From contig CBDFLE010000006.1 in NCBI GenBank assembly GCA_965248925.1, positions 1,696,001-1,760,000 on the forward strand: 64,000 bases of DNA, given 5' to 3'. Each line of letters begins with the position of its first letter. Within the stretch, counting starts at the first letter, position 1. A program made the translations under genes and the position numbers. The notes beneath the pieces are model-generated. The model was not told the origin of the DNA and did not search any database. It saw only the letters and a program-made list of their open reading frames with translations. This document shows positions 38,907 to 49,753 of the stretch, one piece after another. This DNA is from Candidatus Multivoradales bacterium. Lineage in GTDB: Bacteria > Acidobacteriota > Thermoanaerobaculia > Multivoradales > J023.

Positions 38907-39713
38907 CTAGCCCGCGGCGCCGCCAACCAACTCGCCACGCAGCACGGTAACCGCCCGGCCGCGCAGCAGCACCCGCTCGCCTGCCAGCTCAACCTCCACC
39001 TCGCCACCGCGGGCCGAAGCCTGAAAACCGCGCAGCCTCTTCTTGCCCAGTCGCGCCGCCCAATAAGGTGCCAGAGCGCAGTGGGCGGAACCGGTGACCG
39101 GGTCTTCATCGATCCCCACCGCCGGAGCAAACATGCGCGAGACAAAATCCAGGTCGTCGCTATCGGCTAGCGCGGTGACAATCAGCCCGTGGCTGGTCAG
39201 GCAACCCAGGCGACCAAATTCGGGCCGCAGCGCACGGATCTCGGCTTCGCTATCGTAGACCAAGAAAAAGTAACCGAAGTCGTCTTTACCCAACCAGCCC
39301 GGCGCACCCCCCACCACCTCCACCAAGCCGCTGGGTAACTCCACTGCCCGTGGCGGTTGGGCGGGAAAATCGAGCTCGATCTCCGCGCCCAACCGGCGGG
39401 CGGTCAGCAACCCGCTACGGCAGTGAAAGTGGGCGGTTTCAGCTGCATCCAAATGGCCGTCCTCGAACAGCAGATGGGCGCTTGCCAGGGTAGCGTGGCC
39501 ACAGAGATCGACCTCCACCGCTGGAGTGAACCAGCGCAGCCCAAAGCCGTCGTCGCGGCGCAGCAGAAAGGCGGTCTCCGAGAGGTTCATCTCCGCCGCC
39601 ACCTGCTGCATCCAAGCCTGCTCTCGCGGCTCGTCGAGCAGGCATACGGCGGCCGGGTTGCCGGCGAAAGGGCGGCTGGTGAAGGCATCTATCTGAACAA
39701 TGGGAAGGGCCAT
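38907..39713 (-). CDS. PhzF-family isomerase
   Basis: QIDAFT..FAGNPAAV, NLSETAF, EVDLCGHATLA, EDPVTGSAH; AGGAG before ATG 39713. Confidence 0.93.
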   Translation of the reverse strand: MALPIVQIDAFTSRPFAGNPAAVCLLDEPREQAWMQQVAAEMNLSETAFLLRRDDGFGLRWFTPAVEVDLCGHATLASAHLLFEDGHLDAAETAHFHCRSGLLTARRLGAEIELDFPAQPPRAVELPSGLVEVVGGAPGWLGKDDFGYFFLVYDSEAEIRALRPEFGRLGCLTSHGLIVTALADSDDLDFVSRMFAPAVGIDEDPVTGSAHCALAPYWAARLGKKRLRGFQASARGGEVEVELAGERVLLRGRAVTVLRGELVGGAAG

Positions 39714-39840
39714 GCGGATTCTCCTGAAGCAGGTTGAGAGTCTGGAGTCTAGCGCCTTCGGCGAGGCCACACCGGCGAGGGGCCGCCGAGCGCGGTAGAC
39801 TCGCCCGCCAACCACCGCTTGATCGAGGAAGAGACCACCC

Positions 39841-41991
39841 ATGGGCCAGCCCGACAGCACCGTGCATTTCCGCGCTTGCAACCTCTGCGAAGCCATCTGC
39901 GGCCTGGCCATCGAAGTCACAGATGGCCGCATCACCTCGATCCGCGGCGATCACCAAGATCCCTTCAGCCGCGGCCACATCTGCCCCAAGGCGGTCGCCC
40001 TACAAGACATTCACCAAGACCCCGACCGCCTGCGACAGCCGATGCTGCGCCAGGGCTCAGATTGGCGGCAGATCACCTGGGACGAGGCTTTCGACCTCGC
40101 CGGCGAACGCCTGCGGGCGGTACAGCAGACTCACGGCAACGACGCCGTCGCCAGCTACATCGGCAACCCGACGGTCCACAATTACGGCTCCCTGCTCTTC
40201 GGCCCGCCACTGCTGCGAGCGCTGCGCACTAAGAACCGCTTTTCCGCGACCTCGGTCGATCAGCTGCCCCACCACTTCAACGCCCACTTCATGTTCGGCC
40301 ACCAGCAGCTGATCCCAATTCCCGATATCGACCGCACCGACTTCCTGCTGGTGCTGGGCGGCAACCCGGCGGTGTCGAACGGCAGCATCATGACCGCGCC
40401 GGATATTAAGCAGCGGCTCAAGGCTATCGGCCAGCGCGGTGGCCGGCTGGTGGTGATCGATCCGCGCCACACCGAGACCGCCCGGTTAGCCGACGAGCAC
40501 CACTTCATCCGCCCCGCCACCGACGTCTATCTGCTGGCCGCCTTGCTGCACACAATCTACGCCGAGGGGCTCGACAACCCCGGCCGGCTTGCTGATATCG
40601 CCCACGGCATCGAGCTATCGCGCCGCGCGGTCGAACCCTATTCGCCGGAACGGGTGGCACCGGTTAGCGGTCTCGAAGCGACCACCATCCGCCGCTTGGC
40701 GCGGCAGCTGGCCAGCGCGCCGTCAGCGGCGGTCTACGGCCGCATGGGGGTTTCGGTCACCGAATTCGGCTCCTTGGCCCATTGGCTGATCAACAGCCTG
40801 AACTTCGCCACCGGCAACCTCGACCGGCCGGGCGGCATGATGTTCACCCGACCGGCGGCCGACACCCTGCCCCGCTCCTCACCGGGACACTTCGGCCGCT
40901 GGCACAGCCGGGTCCGCGGCCTGCCCGAGTTCAGCGGTGAACTGCCAGTTGCGACCCTGGCCGAAGAGATCCTCACCCCCGGCGAAGGCCAGATCCGCGC
41001 CTTGATCACTAACGCTGGCAACCCCGTGCTGTCGACTCCCGACAGCGGCCGGCTTGATCGCGCCCTGGCCGGGCTCGACTTCATGATGTCGATCGACCTC
41101 TACATCAACGAAACCACCCGACACGCTGACCTCATCCTGCCGCCGACCGCGGCTCTGGAGCACGACCACTACGACCTCGCTTTCCACCAGCTAGCGATTC
41201 GCAACACCGCCCGCTACTCAGCAGCGATCTTCGAGCCCGCCGCCGATACTCGCCACGACTGGCAGATTTTGGATGAATTAGCCCGCCGGCTGACCCCCAA
41301 AGAGAAGCTCACAAAGAAGCTCAAGAATACCGCCGAACGCCAGCTCCACCGCCAACTCGAACCGGCTGGAATACTCGACCACCTGCTGCGTCGCGGCCCC
41401 TATCCGCTAAAGCTCAACGACCTGAAAGCAACCCCCCACGGCCTCGACCTGGGCCCTTTAGAACCCTGCTTGCCAGACCGCTTGTTTACCGCTGATCACA
41501 AGATCCAACTCGCTCCCGAAGTGCTGATCGGAGACCTCGAGCGCCTCGAACAGCGCCTCGGCGAACTCAGCGCGCCACCTCCCTACGTGCTGATCGGCCG
41601 TCGCCAAGTGCGTTCCAACAACTCCTGGATGCACAACTATCCACGGCTGATGCGGGGCAAAGACCGCTGCACCTTGCTGCTACACCCGACCGATGCCGAG
41701 CGGCTCGGAGTAGCAGGTGGCGGCCACCTGGCGGTGCGCTCAAGAGTCGGTCAGGTGGTCGCGCCGGTCGAGATCAGTGCCGAGATCATGCCCGGCGTGG
41801 TCAGCCTACCCCACGGCTGGGGGCACAGCCGCCCAGGAGTAGAGTTACAGGTCGCCCGCCAACACCCGGGCATCAACATCAATGACCTGACTGATCCCGA
41901 ATGCCTCGACCTGCTGAGCGGCAACGCGGCGCTCAATGGGCTAGCGGTCGAACTGGAAGTGGCTCCGGCACCGGTCGCGAAACAGCCTTGA
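39841..41991 (+). CDS. Molybdopterin oxidoreductase catalytic subunit
   Basis: CNLCEAICG...ICPKA 4Fe-4S motif, NETTRHAD, NNSWMHN, LPHGWG. Confidence 0.92.
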   Translation: MGQPDSTVHFRACNLCEAICGLAIEVTDGRITSIRGDHQDPFSRGHICPKAVALQDIHQDPDRLRQPMLRQGSDWRQITWDEAFDLAGERLRAVQQTHGNDAVASYIGNPTVHNYGSLLFGPPLLRALRTKNRFSATSVDQLPHHFNAHFMFGHQQLIPIPDIDRTDFLLVLGGNPAVSNGSIMTAPDIKQRLKAIGQRGGRLVVIDPRHTETARLADEHHFIRPATDVYLLAALLHTIYAEGLDNPGRLADIAHGIELSRRAVEPYSPERVAPVSGLEATTIRRLARQLASAPSAAVYGRMGVSVTEFGSLAHWLINSLNFATGNLDRPGGMMFTRPAADTLPRSSPGHFGRWHSRVRGLPEFSGELPVATLAEEILTPGEGQIRALITNAGNPVLSTPDSGRLDRALAGLDFMMSIDLYINETTRHADLILPPTAALEHDHYDLAFHQLAIRNTARYSAAIFEPAADTRHDWQILDELARRLTPKEKLTKKLKNTAERQLHRQLEPAGILDHLLRRGPYPLKLNDLKATPHGLDLGPLEPCLPDRLFTADHKIQLAPEVLIGDLERLEQRLGELSAPPPYVLIGRRQVRSNNSWMHNYPRLMRGKDRCTLLLHPTDAERLGVAGGGHLAVRSRVGQVVAPVEISAEIMPGVVSLPHGWGHSRPGVELQVARQHPGININDLTDPECLDLLSGNAALNGLAVELEVAPAPVAKQP

Positions 41992-42116
41992 AGTGCCCCT
42001 TCGTATGAAGTGCTGTTCTGCCAGACCCTGAGTCGGTACATTTCCCGCCCGACCATGAAACGCCGAGCAGCGCGCTGCGTAGCTATGTTCAAACCGGCAG
42101 CGCATATGGAGGCACC

Positions 42117-42563
42117 ATGGCAAAGATCGAGACTGTTCGCGAGTCCCTCTCCCGCCTACCGACAGCGGAGGAGATCGAACAACGCGCCGCTCGCGGCTGG
42201 CACTTGGCGGCCGTCGAATGGCAGCGCGAGATTGCGGCAGACGAACCCGAGACCGCGGCCGAGGTCGCCGCCGCGGCGGTGCCCTACGGTTTGCGTGTCG
42301 CCGGTTCCGGGGATGCACGGATCGAAAATGATCCCGGCGAGCAGGATGTTTTGCAGCTGACCCTCGATCGGGTGATCGACGACCAGAATTCCCTCTCCGA
42401 TGTCGCCGTCGAACTCAACCAACGCGGCTACCGCACCCGCTCCGGTGCCCCTTGGAGCCAGGTGTCGGTCTTTCACCTGTTGCCGCGAGTGGTCGAAGCG
42501 GCACCGGAGATCTTCGCCAACCCAAGTTGGGGCGAGCGCCACAAGCGCCATCGCAGCGCCTAA
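42117..42563 (+). CDS. Small protein with a recombinase-type DNA-binding motif and no catalytic domain
   Basis: VPYGLRV, SLSDVAVELNQRGYRTRSGAPWSQVSV; GGAGG RBS. Confidence 0.65.
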   Translation: MAKIETVRESLSRLPTAEEIEQRAARGWHLAAVEWQREIAADEPETAAEVAAAAVPYGLRVAGSGDARIENDPGEQDVLQLTLDRVIDDQNSLSDVAVELNQRGYRTRSGAPWSQVSVFHLLPRVVEAAPEIFANPSWGERHKRHRSA

Positions 42564-42653
42564 TCGACTGCGACCCACCGGGAAGCACTGTCTGCGGGTC
42601 GCAGTCGGCCGCAGATCTCAATTAACTTCTCAGGGGGCGCAAAGATGGCTACT
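42535..42653 (+). repeat. Left copy of a ~120 bp imperfect direct repeat bounding the Rhs island
   Basis: Aligns with 56215-56332, including GCAGATCTCAATT[A/G]ACTTCTCAGGGGGCGCAAAGATGGCTACT. Confidence 0.88.
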
Positions 42654-42889
42654 AGATCGACTACTACCCAGAGCGCAAAGCCTGGAGCTTGGACCTCGAC
42701 CCAATGACGCGACAGATTTCACTGAAACGCCTGCCAGCAGCGAGCTGATCTCAAATCCTAAACTCTCTCCTTTCAAATACCCATACAGTAAAAACCACCA
42801 AATATCGAAACCTTGTAACTTCTCGGCTCTTCGTGCGCCTATAAGTAGTGAAAGCAACTTAGCCACAAAACCAACTGAAGGGTGAAGCG

Positions 42890-43318
42890 ATGCACCGAAG
42901 AAGAGTCTGCCTGAGTACTACCCCCCTCCTGCTCCTGACCTGCCTGGCCACGGCCCCACTCCTGGCTCAATGCGACAACAATCCGATCGCCATCGACGAC
43001 GAAGTGCTGCTCGCCGCCACTCCAGTGCTGATCGACGTGCTGGCCAATGACCAAGAGCCCGACGGCGAGGCCCTCCGCCTGACGGTCCTCTCGACCACTT
43101 GTCCACTGGCCTTCGAGGTGCTTTTTGATGTCGTCCGGCTGACCCCGACCCCGGCGGTGCGAACGGCTTGCACGGTGACCTACCGAATCGAAGATGAGTC
43201 GCAGAATTTCGCCATGGCCACTATCGAGGTGACCCCAAACGGACCTTTGTTTGCCGACAATTTCGAAACCGGGAATAGCTCGCAGTGGACCGAAACTTGC
43301 GCCAGCTCCAGCTGCTAG
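42890..43318 (+). CDS. Secreted Ig-like/cadherin-like domain protein
   Basis: Signal peptide, NPIAIDD..IDVLANDQEPDGEAL, C-terminal LFADNFETG. Confidence 0.72.
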   Translation: MHRRRVCLSTTPLLLLTCLATAPLLAQCDNNPIAIDDEVLLAATPVLIDVLANDQEPDGEALRLTVLSTTCPLAFEVLFDVVRLTPTPAVRTACTVTYRIEDESQNFAMATIEVTPNGPLFADNFETGNSSQWTETCASSSC

Positions 43319-43330
43319 GGGAGAACAATC

Positions 43331-46300
43331 ATGCGAATTAGACCTCTCAGCTCCATCCTTCTCGGCCTCTGCATCGCCCTGCCGCTAACCGCGCAACTCC
43401 CCCCGAGCCACCAGTGCGGAGTGACCGCCGACACCGCCTACCAGATTGGCGACCTGGATCAGATCAATCTCTTCAACGGCAGCCTGACCGTATCTCTGCC
43501 GATCGGCATCACCTATCCGGTCGGCCCGTCGCTCAGCTTCAGCCTGACCGCCTCGTACAGCTCCGGTGGCTGGGAGTACGATGAGAATCACCAATGTCAA
43601 GACATCAATCCGCCCTTCGCGCTGCGTACCTACAGTCTGCCGATCCAGGATCTCAAGACGCAGGCCGGCTTCGGCTGGAGAGTCAGCCTAGGAGAGCTGA
43701 TCGCGCCACGTAACAGTCCAACTACAACGCCCGAGATTTACGTCGATCCAAGTGGCGGCGAGCACAGGTTTTATACCGAGCTGCATCCCGGCGGTTTTCC
43801 AGCGACACCGCAGCCCAGCACCTGGTTCACCAACGACAGTACCTATTTGCGTCTACGCAAGCGCAATCCGGGGGTGTGCGAGCTGCCGTCTGGCACCTTT
43901 GTCGATCAGAGCTGCTACTCGGTAGAATTTTCTGGCGGCGAGCTGCACGAGTTCCATAACTACGCCTCAGTCGGCGATCTCTGGCGCCTGACCCGGATGG
44001 AGGATCGCTTCGGCAATTGGATCAATGTGCGCTATGCCAACGATGGCGACTGGACATTGACCGACAGCCAAGGGCGCACTCACACGGTGGATTTTGTCGG
44101 TGGCAGAGTCGCTACGGTGAGGCTCGAAGCCTTCGGCAGCCAAAGCAACTCGACCTTCCTCTTTCAGTACCGCACCGAAACTCTAGAACGGCAGTTCGGC
44201 TTCCGTCCCGGCTGCGTGCCGATAGCCGAGCACACCCTCACCACCCAGGTGCTTGATCGGGTGGTGTTGCCCGACGGTTCGTTCTACGAGATGGACTACC
44301 TGACCGTCGACAACCTGCTCTCCGGTGGCCTGTCGAAACTGCGCGTGCCCACCGGTGGCGCCTACGGCTACGACTACCAGCTCTTCCCCTTCCAAACCCA
44401 GCTGGCCGACCTCTTCCATGCTCCTGACTGGGGCACGGTGGCGCGGGGAGTGAAGAGCAAGCATCTCTTCCTCGACGACGGCGACACCACCCCCTACGCC
44501 ACCTGGAGCTACAGCTACGACACCGCAAACCCGCAAGCCCCCGGCGATCCGCTGGGCCACCCCTGCTTCCACTCGATGAAAGTGACTGATCCGCTGGGCT
44601 TCGAAACGGTGAGCTATTTCTCCACCGTCGGCGCCAACAATCGCTGGTCCTACGGACTGCCCTACACCTACTGCGATCCCATCAGTGGCAGCTTCTCAGA
44701 AGCCGGCCCCTTCCTTTCCCAAGAACTCTTCAACGCTGACGGAACCAAGCTCCGCTCGATCTTCGTTGAGTTCGACAGCGATGGCCGCGACGCCGGCAAC
44801 TACAACGAGAAAGCTCACCGCTTGCGCTATCGCAAGGAGACCTTCCACGACGACGGCGGCAAGTTCCGCGAAGTCACCTTCTCGGACTTCGATGGCCTGG
44901 GCCACTTCCGCACCATGACCACCGGCGGCAGCTTCGGCGCCGCCGACGTGCGCACCAGCAGCACCACCTACAACGCCAACAGCGGCACCTACATCATCGC
45001 CAACCCCGACGACAGCTCGATCGATCCGGCAACCGATTTCGTGCTGCCAAGCCACAACGCACGCTGGATCTTGGAGACCTGGGACGAGCAGTCGGTGAGC
45101 GAAGGCGGGACCACCGAGAAAGCCGAGTTCTGCTTCAGTAGCACCACCGGCTTCCTCGAACGCCGCCGCCAGCTGGCTGGCAGCAGTCGCCAGAGCCGCG
45201 ACGTGGTGAGCCTCCTCACCTCGACCAACGGCTTCGTCACCGGCGAGCGGGTCTATGGCGGCGACACCCAGAACCTCGGCACCGGCTCCTTGTGCAGCCT
45301 CGGCTTGTCCGGCCCGACCTACCGCACCGACCACGTCTACGCCAGTGGCAGCCTGCGCAAGTCGACGGCGGTGGACTGCACAGGCACCGCGATCCTCACC
45401 CTGGCCGACTACGACATCGACTCAGACACCGGCCTGGTGGCCACCAGCCGCGACGCAGCGGGCCTGGGCACCAGCTTTACCTACGATCGCCTAGGCCGCT
45501 TGACCGGCCAGCGCCCGGCCGAGCTGGGCTGGACCCAGTGGACCTACACCCTGCCCACCACCGCCAACCCCGGTCTTGCCCCCAAGCTCACCGAACAACA
45601 GTGCCAGCCCTTCCAGACCTCCTGCGCCGGCACCGATCTGATGAGCTTCCGCGAGCACCGCTACGACGGCCTCGGCCGGCGGCTGCAAGAAACCGTGCGC
45701 ATCCCCGTCGCCAACGCTGGCCAGACCGAGCTCTGGCATCGCTACACGACCTGGAACCAGCGTCACTGGAAGACGGACGAGTCGGTGTGGACCACCGCCT
45801 CAGCGGCCGGCGAAAGCCGGCGCACGACCTACCTCGCCTACGACCGCTTCGGCCGCCCCGGCCGGGTCCAGCCGCCAGAACAGCCGGCGACCTTCTTCAC
45901 CTACCAAGGCGACCGGGTGCAGACCCGGCGCTTCAAAGTGCAGCTGACCAGTGGCCAGCAGGACACCTACGTCACCGAGATCATGGACGGCCAGGGCCGT
46001 CTGGCCGAGGTCTGCGAGGGCAGTTCCGCCGCCTGGTCTGGCAGCTGTGGTGGTGGCGGTCTGCTGACCCGCTATTCCTATGACGATGGTGGCAGACTGA
46101 CCAAAGTGTGCCAGAACCTCAGCGGCTCGACCTGCGGCCAGACCCGCTTGTTCGACTATGACGGTCGCGGTTTCCTACTCTCCGAGACCCATCCCGAGAT
46201 CGGACCCTCGGGCAACGGCCGCATCGATTACCGCTTCGACGCCGGCGGCAACGCCACCTCCAAAGATCTGATCGGCAGCACCGCCTTCGATCTGAGCTTC

Positions 46301-48349
46301 GATTTCGACGCCGCCGGCCGACTGATCAGAGTCCTCGAATCGAGCAATGGCGCGGGGAGCACCCCGCGTCTGCAGAAGCAGTTCCGCTACGCCCGCGCCA
46401 ACTCTGGCAGCGACCACCGGGCCGGGAAGCTGGTGCAGACCGTGCGCCACAACTGGGTCGACATTCAGAGCCCCCTGGCCCCCGAGCCCGGCTCCCTCGA
46501 CGTCAAGCTCTCCGAGAGCTTCCGCTACACCGGTCGTCAGGGCCTGATGTCGGAGAAGCAGACCCGCTACCAATTCTTCGCCGGCAACTACGCCTTTACC
46601 ACCGGCTTCGCCTTCGACACCCAGGGCAATCTGTCACAACTCGACTACCCCAGCTGCCAGCACGCCGACGGTGGCTGCGCCACCAACGATCCGCAGCGCA
46701 CGGTGAATTTCAACTACGAGAAGGGTATGCTCAGGTCCGTGCCTGGATTCGCCAACAACCTCACCTACCAGAGCGGTGGCATGCTGCATCAGCTCGCCCA
46801 CAGCGATGGTGTAGTCGACAGCCAAGAAGTCAGCAGCTTGAACGGCCTCGCCCGGCCGCACCAGCTGACCACCTCTGCGGGCTGGAGCAGCGGTAACTTC
46901 GCCTACGACGGAGCTGGAAATATCTCCGCCATTGGCAACTTGGCGTACCGCTATGACCGCCTCGGCAGGTTGATCTCCGGCCAGACCTCCGTCGGTGCCA
47001 CCCTCTTCACCCAGACCGCGAGCTTCGACAATTTCGGCAACATCCAGCAGCTATCAACACCCGGCTTCGCGGCTCTCAATCTCAACCCCAGCGCCACCAC
47101 CAACCGCCTCGGCCTCTCGGGCGCTCAGTACGACGCGGCCGGCAATCTGACCGACATCACCCTCGGCAGCGAGAGCTTCGACTACGCCTTCGACGGCGCC
47201 AACATGATGAAGCACCTGCGCTCGAACACCGATCAAGCGCGGGTCTTCATCTACAACGCCAGCGACGAGCGGATCCTCACCTTCGACTGCTTCGGCCCCG
47301 GCGCCACCAGCACTTGCACCACCCAGCCCGCCAGCCTCACCTGGACCCTACGCGGTCTCGGCAACGAAGTCCTGCGAGTCTACGATCAGCCAGCTGGCGG
47401 CGCCTTCAGCTGGAGTCGAGACTACGTCCATCGCGGCGGGCAGCCCCTCGCCACCATCGAGCCCGAGGGTAGCGGTGGCGAGATGACGTCGCATCTCCAT
47501 CTTGATCACCTGGGCACACCCCGGCAGATCACCCGAGGCGGACAGCAGGTGGCGTTGCACAACTACTACCCGTTTGGTCAGGAGGCCACCAACTTGGCCC
47601 AGGACGAGGTTGTGCTGAAGTTCACCGGGCACGAGCGAGACAAGACCGGGACCGGGGTGAGGAGCGAGCGGGACTACATGCATGCTCGGCATTGCAGCCC
47701 GGTGCTGGGGCGGTTCTTGAGTGTTGATCCATCATTGGGCAGCCGGTCATCACCGCAGAGTTGGAATCGTTTCTCTTACGTCAGCAACAGTCCAATCAAC
47801 CAGGTAGACCCGGACGGAAGGCTTGGGTTTCTGGTAACTGCATTTCTTGGCGGAGTCGTAGATGTTGGGATTCAAATTGCGAGCAACGCGCTTTCAGGAG
47901 AAGAGCTCACAACAGGCGTAGCCGGGGCTTTCGTCACTGGGGCTGTGGCCGGTGCCACAGGTCTTGGGCTATTGAAGGTTGCCGGTAGGGGAGTGAAACT
48001 CGCAAAAGCAGCTAAAAATGCAAAGAAGCTTAAGAACTCAGCAGCAGCTGCTGACTCGGCAAGAGCCGCTAGGGAACCTGGCAAGATCGTAGCCAACAAT
48101 GGCACCGAGATCACTGGATTTACTCGTCATGGTGTCAATCGTGCCATCGGCGATGGAGTGTCGCGATCTGGTGTCAAGCCGGGAGCGATACTCGATGCTC
48201 TCAAGAACCCAGTGAAGATTGTCGATGGTGTAGACGATCTGGGACGTCCCTTCCGGATATTTCACGGGCAAAACGCGCGTGTGGTCGTGAATCCAAAGTC
48301 TGGCCGTATCGTGTCCACGAACCCACTTTCTCAGGCAGGTGCGCAGTGA
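43331..48349 (+). CDS. Rhs/YD-repeat polymorphic toxin with N-terminal signal peptide
   Basis: YDxxGR repeats, core [33 protein letters not shown], then a divergent C-terminal toxin region. Confidence 0.93.
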   Translation: MRIRPLSSILLGLCIALPLTAQLPPSHQCGVTADTAYQIGDLDQINLFNGSLTVSLPIGITYPVGPSLSFSLTASYSSGGWEYDENHQCQDINPPFALRTYSLPIQDLKTQAGFGWRVSLGELIAPRNSPTTTPEIYVDPSGGEHRFYTELHPGGFPATPQPSTWFTNDSTYLRLRKRNPGVCELPSGTFVDQSCYSVEFSGGELHEFHNYASVGDLWRLTRMEDRFGNWINVRYANDGDWTLTDSQGRTHTVDFVGGRVATVRLEAFGSQSNSTFLFQYRTETLERQFGFRPGCVPIAEHTLTTQVLDRVVLPDGSFYEMDYLTVDNLLSGGLSKLRVPTGGAYGYDYQLFPFQTQLADLFHAPDWGTVARGVKSKHLFLDDGDTTPYATWSYSYDTANPQAPGDPLGHPCFHSMKVTDPLGFETVSYFSTVGANNRWSYGLPYTYCDPISGSFSEAGPFLSQELFNADGTKLRSIFVEFDSDGRDAGNYNEKAHRLRYRKETFHDDGGKFREVTFSDFDGLGHFRTMTTGGSFGAADVRTSSTTYNANSGTYIIANPDDSSIDPATDFVLPSHNARWILETWDEQSVSEGGTTEKAEFCFSSTTGFLERRRQLAGSSRQSRDVVSLLTSTNGFVTGERVYGGDTQNLGTGSLCSLGLSGPTYRTDHVYASGSLRKSTAVDCTGTAILTLADYDIDSDTGLVATSRDAAGLGTSFTYDRLGRLTGQRPAELGWTQWTYTLPTTANPGLAPKLTEQQCQPFQTSCAGTDLMSFREHRYDGLGRRLQETVRIPVANAGQTELWHRYTTWNQRHWKTDESVWTTASAAGESRRTTYLAYDRFGRPGRVQPPEQPATFFTYQGDRVQTRRFKVQLTSGQQDTYVTEIMDGQGRLAEVCEGSSAAWSGSCGGGGLLTRYSYDDGGRLTKVCQNLSGSTCGQTRLFDYDGRGFLLSETHPEIGPSGNGRIDYRFDAGGNATSKDLIGSTAFDLSFDFDAAGRLIRVLESSNGAGSTPRLQKQFRYARANSGSDHRAGKLVQTVRHNWVDIQSPLAPEPGSLDVKLSESFRYTGRQGLMSEKQTRYQFFAGNYAFTTGFAFDTQGNLSQLDYPSCQHADGGCATNDPQRTVNFNYEKGMLRSVPGFANNLTYQSGGMLHQLAHSDGVVDSQEVSSLNGLARPHQLTTSAGWSSGNFAYDGAGNISAIGNLAYRYDRLGRLISGQTSVGATLFTQTASFDNFGNIQQLSTPGFAALNLNPSATTNRLGLSGAQYDAAGNLTDITLGSESFDYAFDGANMMKHLRSNTDQARVFIYNASDERILTFDCFGPGATSTCTTQPASLTWTLRGLGNEVLRVYDQPAGGAFSWSRDYVHRGGQPLATIEPEGSGGEMTSHLHLDHLGTPRQITRGGQQVALHNYYPFGQEATNLAQDEVVLKFTGHERDKTGTGVRSERDYMHARHCSPVLGRFLSVDPSLGSRSSPQSWNRFSYVSNSPINQVDPDGRLGFLVTAFLGGVVDVGIQIASNALSGEELTTGVAGAFVTGAVAGATGLGLLKVAGRGVKLAKAAKNAKKLKNSAAAADSARAAREPGKIVANNGTEITGFTRHGVNRAIGDGVSRSGVKPGAILDALKNPVKIVDGVDDLGRPFRIFHGQNARVVVNPKSGRIVSTNPLSQAGAQ

Positions 48350-48642
48350 GAGACCCAACGAGAGAAGAACGAGTGTCTCTGGAGCTTTCCGGAAACGAGC
48401 TAGCCTATCTCAAAGACGCCGATTTCTTGCCCGAGCCCCTCTTGCGAACCCTTGAGATGGCGCAGCACAGAAGCGACGGCGCAGGGCTTTTTATTGTTGC
48501 CCGTGCAGTTGCCGAACAGTTTCGATCTGCCTTTACCGATCACTTGGCCAAGGTTGGTTTCGGTGCGGATTATGAACTCACTAGCGAAGGAAAGTTTCTT
48601 GAGGTTTTGATAGATCGTTTCTTTCTCGGCAAGAATACATGA
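48346..48642 (+). CDS. Putative cognate immunity protein
   Basis: GTGA overlap with the Rhs stop; GFGADYELTSEGKFLEVLIDRF is homologous to 53757-53999. Confidence 0.75.
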   Translation: MRDPTREERVSLELSGNELAYLKDADFLPEPLLRTLEMAQHRSDGAGLFIVARAVAEQFRSAFTDHLAKVGFGADYELTSEGKFLEVLIDRFFLGKNT

Positions 48643-48944
48643 TTGGGCTCAGACTTCTATTGGGCCAAACGAGACCCTATCTGTCGGTCTTGATGATTGA
48701 TTGCATCGTTGTGAGCCTGCTCATCGCGGCGAACGTGTCGGCGAATCCGGCCGTCGGTGACGCAACTCATACCGGCACCGAAGGCCTCGACTACGCCTAC
48801 GACGGCGCCGAAATTGCGACTCAGTAAATTTCTGCGAGAGAGTACGACAGAGATGGGAGGTGTGGTAGGAACTGAATTGCGTATCTCGCCCGAAGCGGTA
48901 GCTGAAATCGCAAAACGATTCAAGAAAGTGGAGGATCTGCCAAG

Positions 48945-49262
48945 GTGAGATCGGAATGCAAGAGTTGGTGCTGTGCTCGATTCAAGGATCACTACAACGA
49001 ACAAGGGGAAAGAGGCATCGCGGTTCTTATTGGCAGACAAGAGGTCAATAGGCCGAGATTCGTCTTGCAGAGTCGTGCTGTAGACCTTCAGGACATTGGG
49101 AAGTTGCCTTCAATCCCGATAGCAGTTTCCTTGGTCACTCAAAGCCACATCACATTTTGCCCTTGGTGCGGAAGGAATTTGGCCAGAGCGTACCGAAGGG
49201 TTTGGGAAGGTCTAGTGTCCACAACACCTCTAATTGAGATCAAGAGCGACTTCGCTGGATGA
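48945..49262 (+). CDS. Putative orphan immunity protein, Cys-rich (WCC...FCPWCG)
   Basis: GTGA overlap with a short upstream ORF remnant; lies in the Rhs tail region. Confidence 0.55.
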   Translation: MRSECKSWCCARFKDHYNEQGERGIAVLIGRQEVNRPRFVLQSRAVDLQDIGKLPSIPIAVSLVTQSHITFCPWCGRNLARAYRRVWEGLVSTTPLIEIKSDFAG

Positions 49263-49276
49263 ACCGAGCCCGGAGC

Positions 49277-49468
49277 TAGGTGCATCCCAGCAACGTGCCA
49301 ACAGGCGTGCCACCCACCTCGGCAACATCCACTACGGCCGCTGATTCTCAGCTCTGGAAAACTCACTCTCTCGTCGATGGGCGCTCTTATCGGGTGTCCA
49401 TCGACGAGGAATCGTGGTCTTTGGCCTAGCAGCGACCATCGAGCGCGGCTGCCAACCGCTCGTCATTG
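49277..49468 (+). repeat. ~190 bp non-coding repeat with a 17 bp hairpin, copy 1
   Basis: Aligns with 54096-54289; hairpin at 49370-49408. Confidence 0.85.
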
Positions 49469-49600
49469 TGAGCATGATCACAATAATCGAGGGTAAATGG
49501 CTGATTCTGATCAAAAATAGCGACGGGTGAGGCCTTTTCCCCCTCAACTATCGTGACCACTATAAGTGTTTTATTGTCAGTGACTTGCAGCAGAATCAGT

Positions 49601-49616
49601 TGGCATGCCTGTTGCT
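49601..49616 (+). promoter_or_regulatory. Putative sigma54 promoter upstream of the orphan Rhs module
   Basis: TGGCATGCCTGTTGCT with consensus spacing, preceded by an AT-rich tract. Confidence 0.6.
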
Positions 49617-49753
49617 CAGGGCAAGTAGAAACTGCTCAAAAATGACATCATCCCGCGCCAGAGGCGCGGTAACCGGACCCTGCATCTGGCGATGACCATC
49701 AACTACCCTGGAAGAGGTGCCATCGATTACCGTGGTTCCCCTCAGGCAAGCTG

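Noticed and set aside
37956-41991. FNR, PhzF and molybdoenzyme as a phenazine cluster or as part of the nucleoside cluster
   Set aside because: Mixed orientations, common stand-alone families, no other phz genes, and more than 20 kb outside the IS-bounded unit.
42117-42563. Serine integrase for the Rhs island
   Set aside because: Only 148 aa with a DNA-binding-like motif and no catalytic serine domain.
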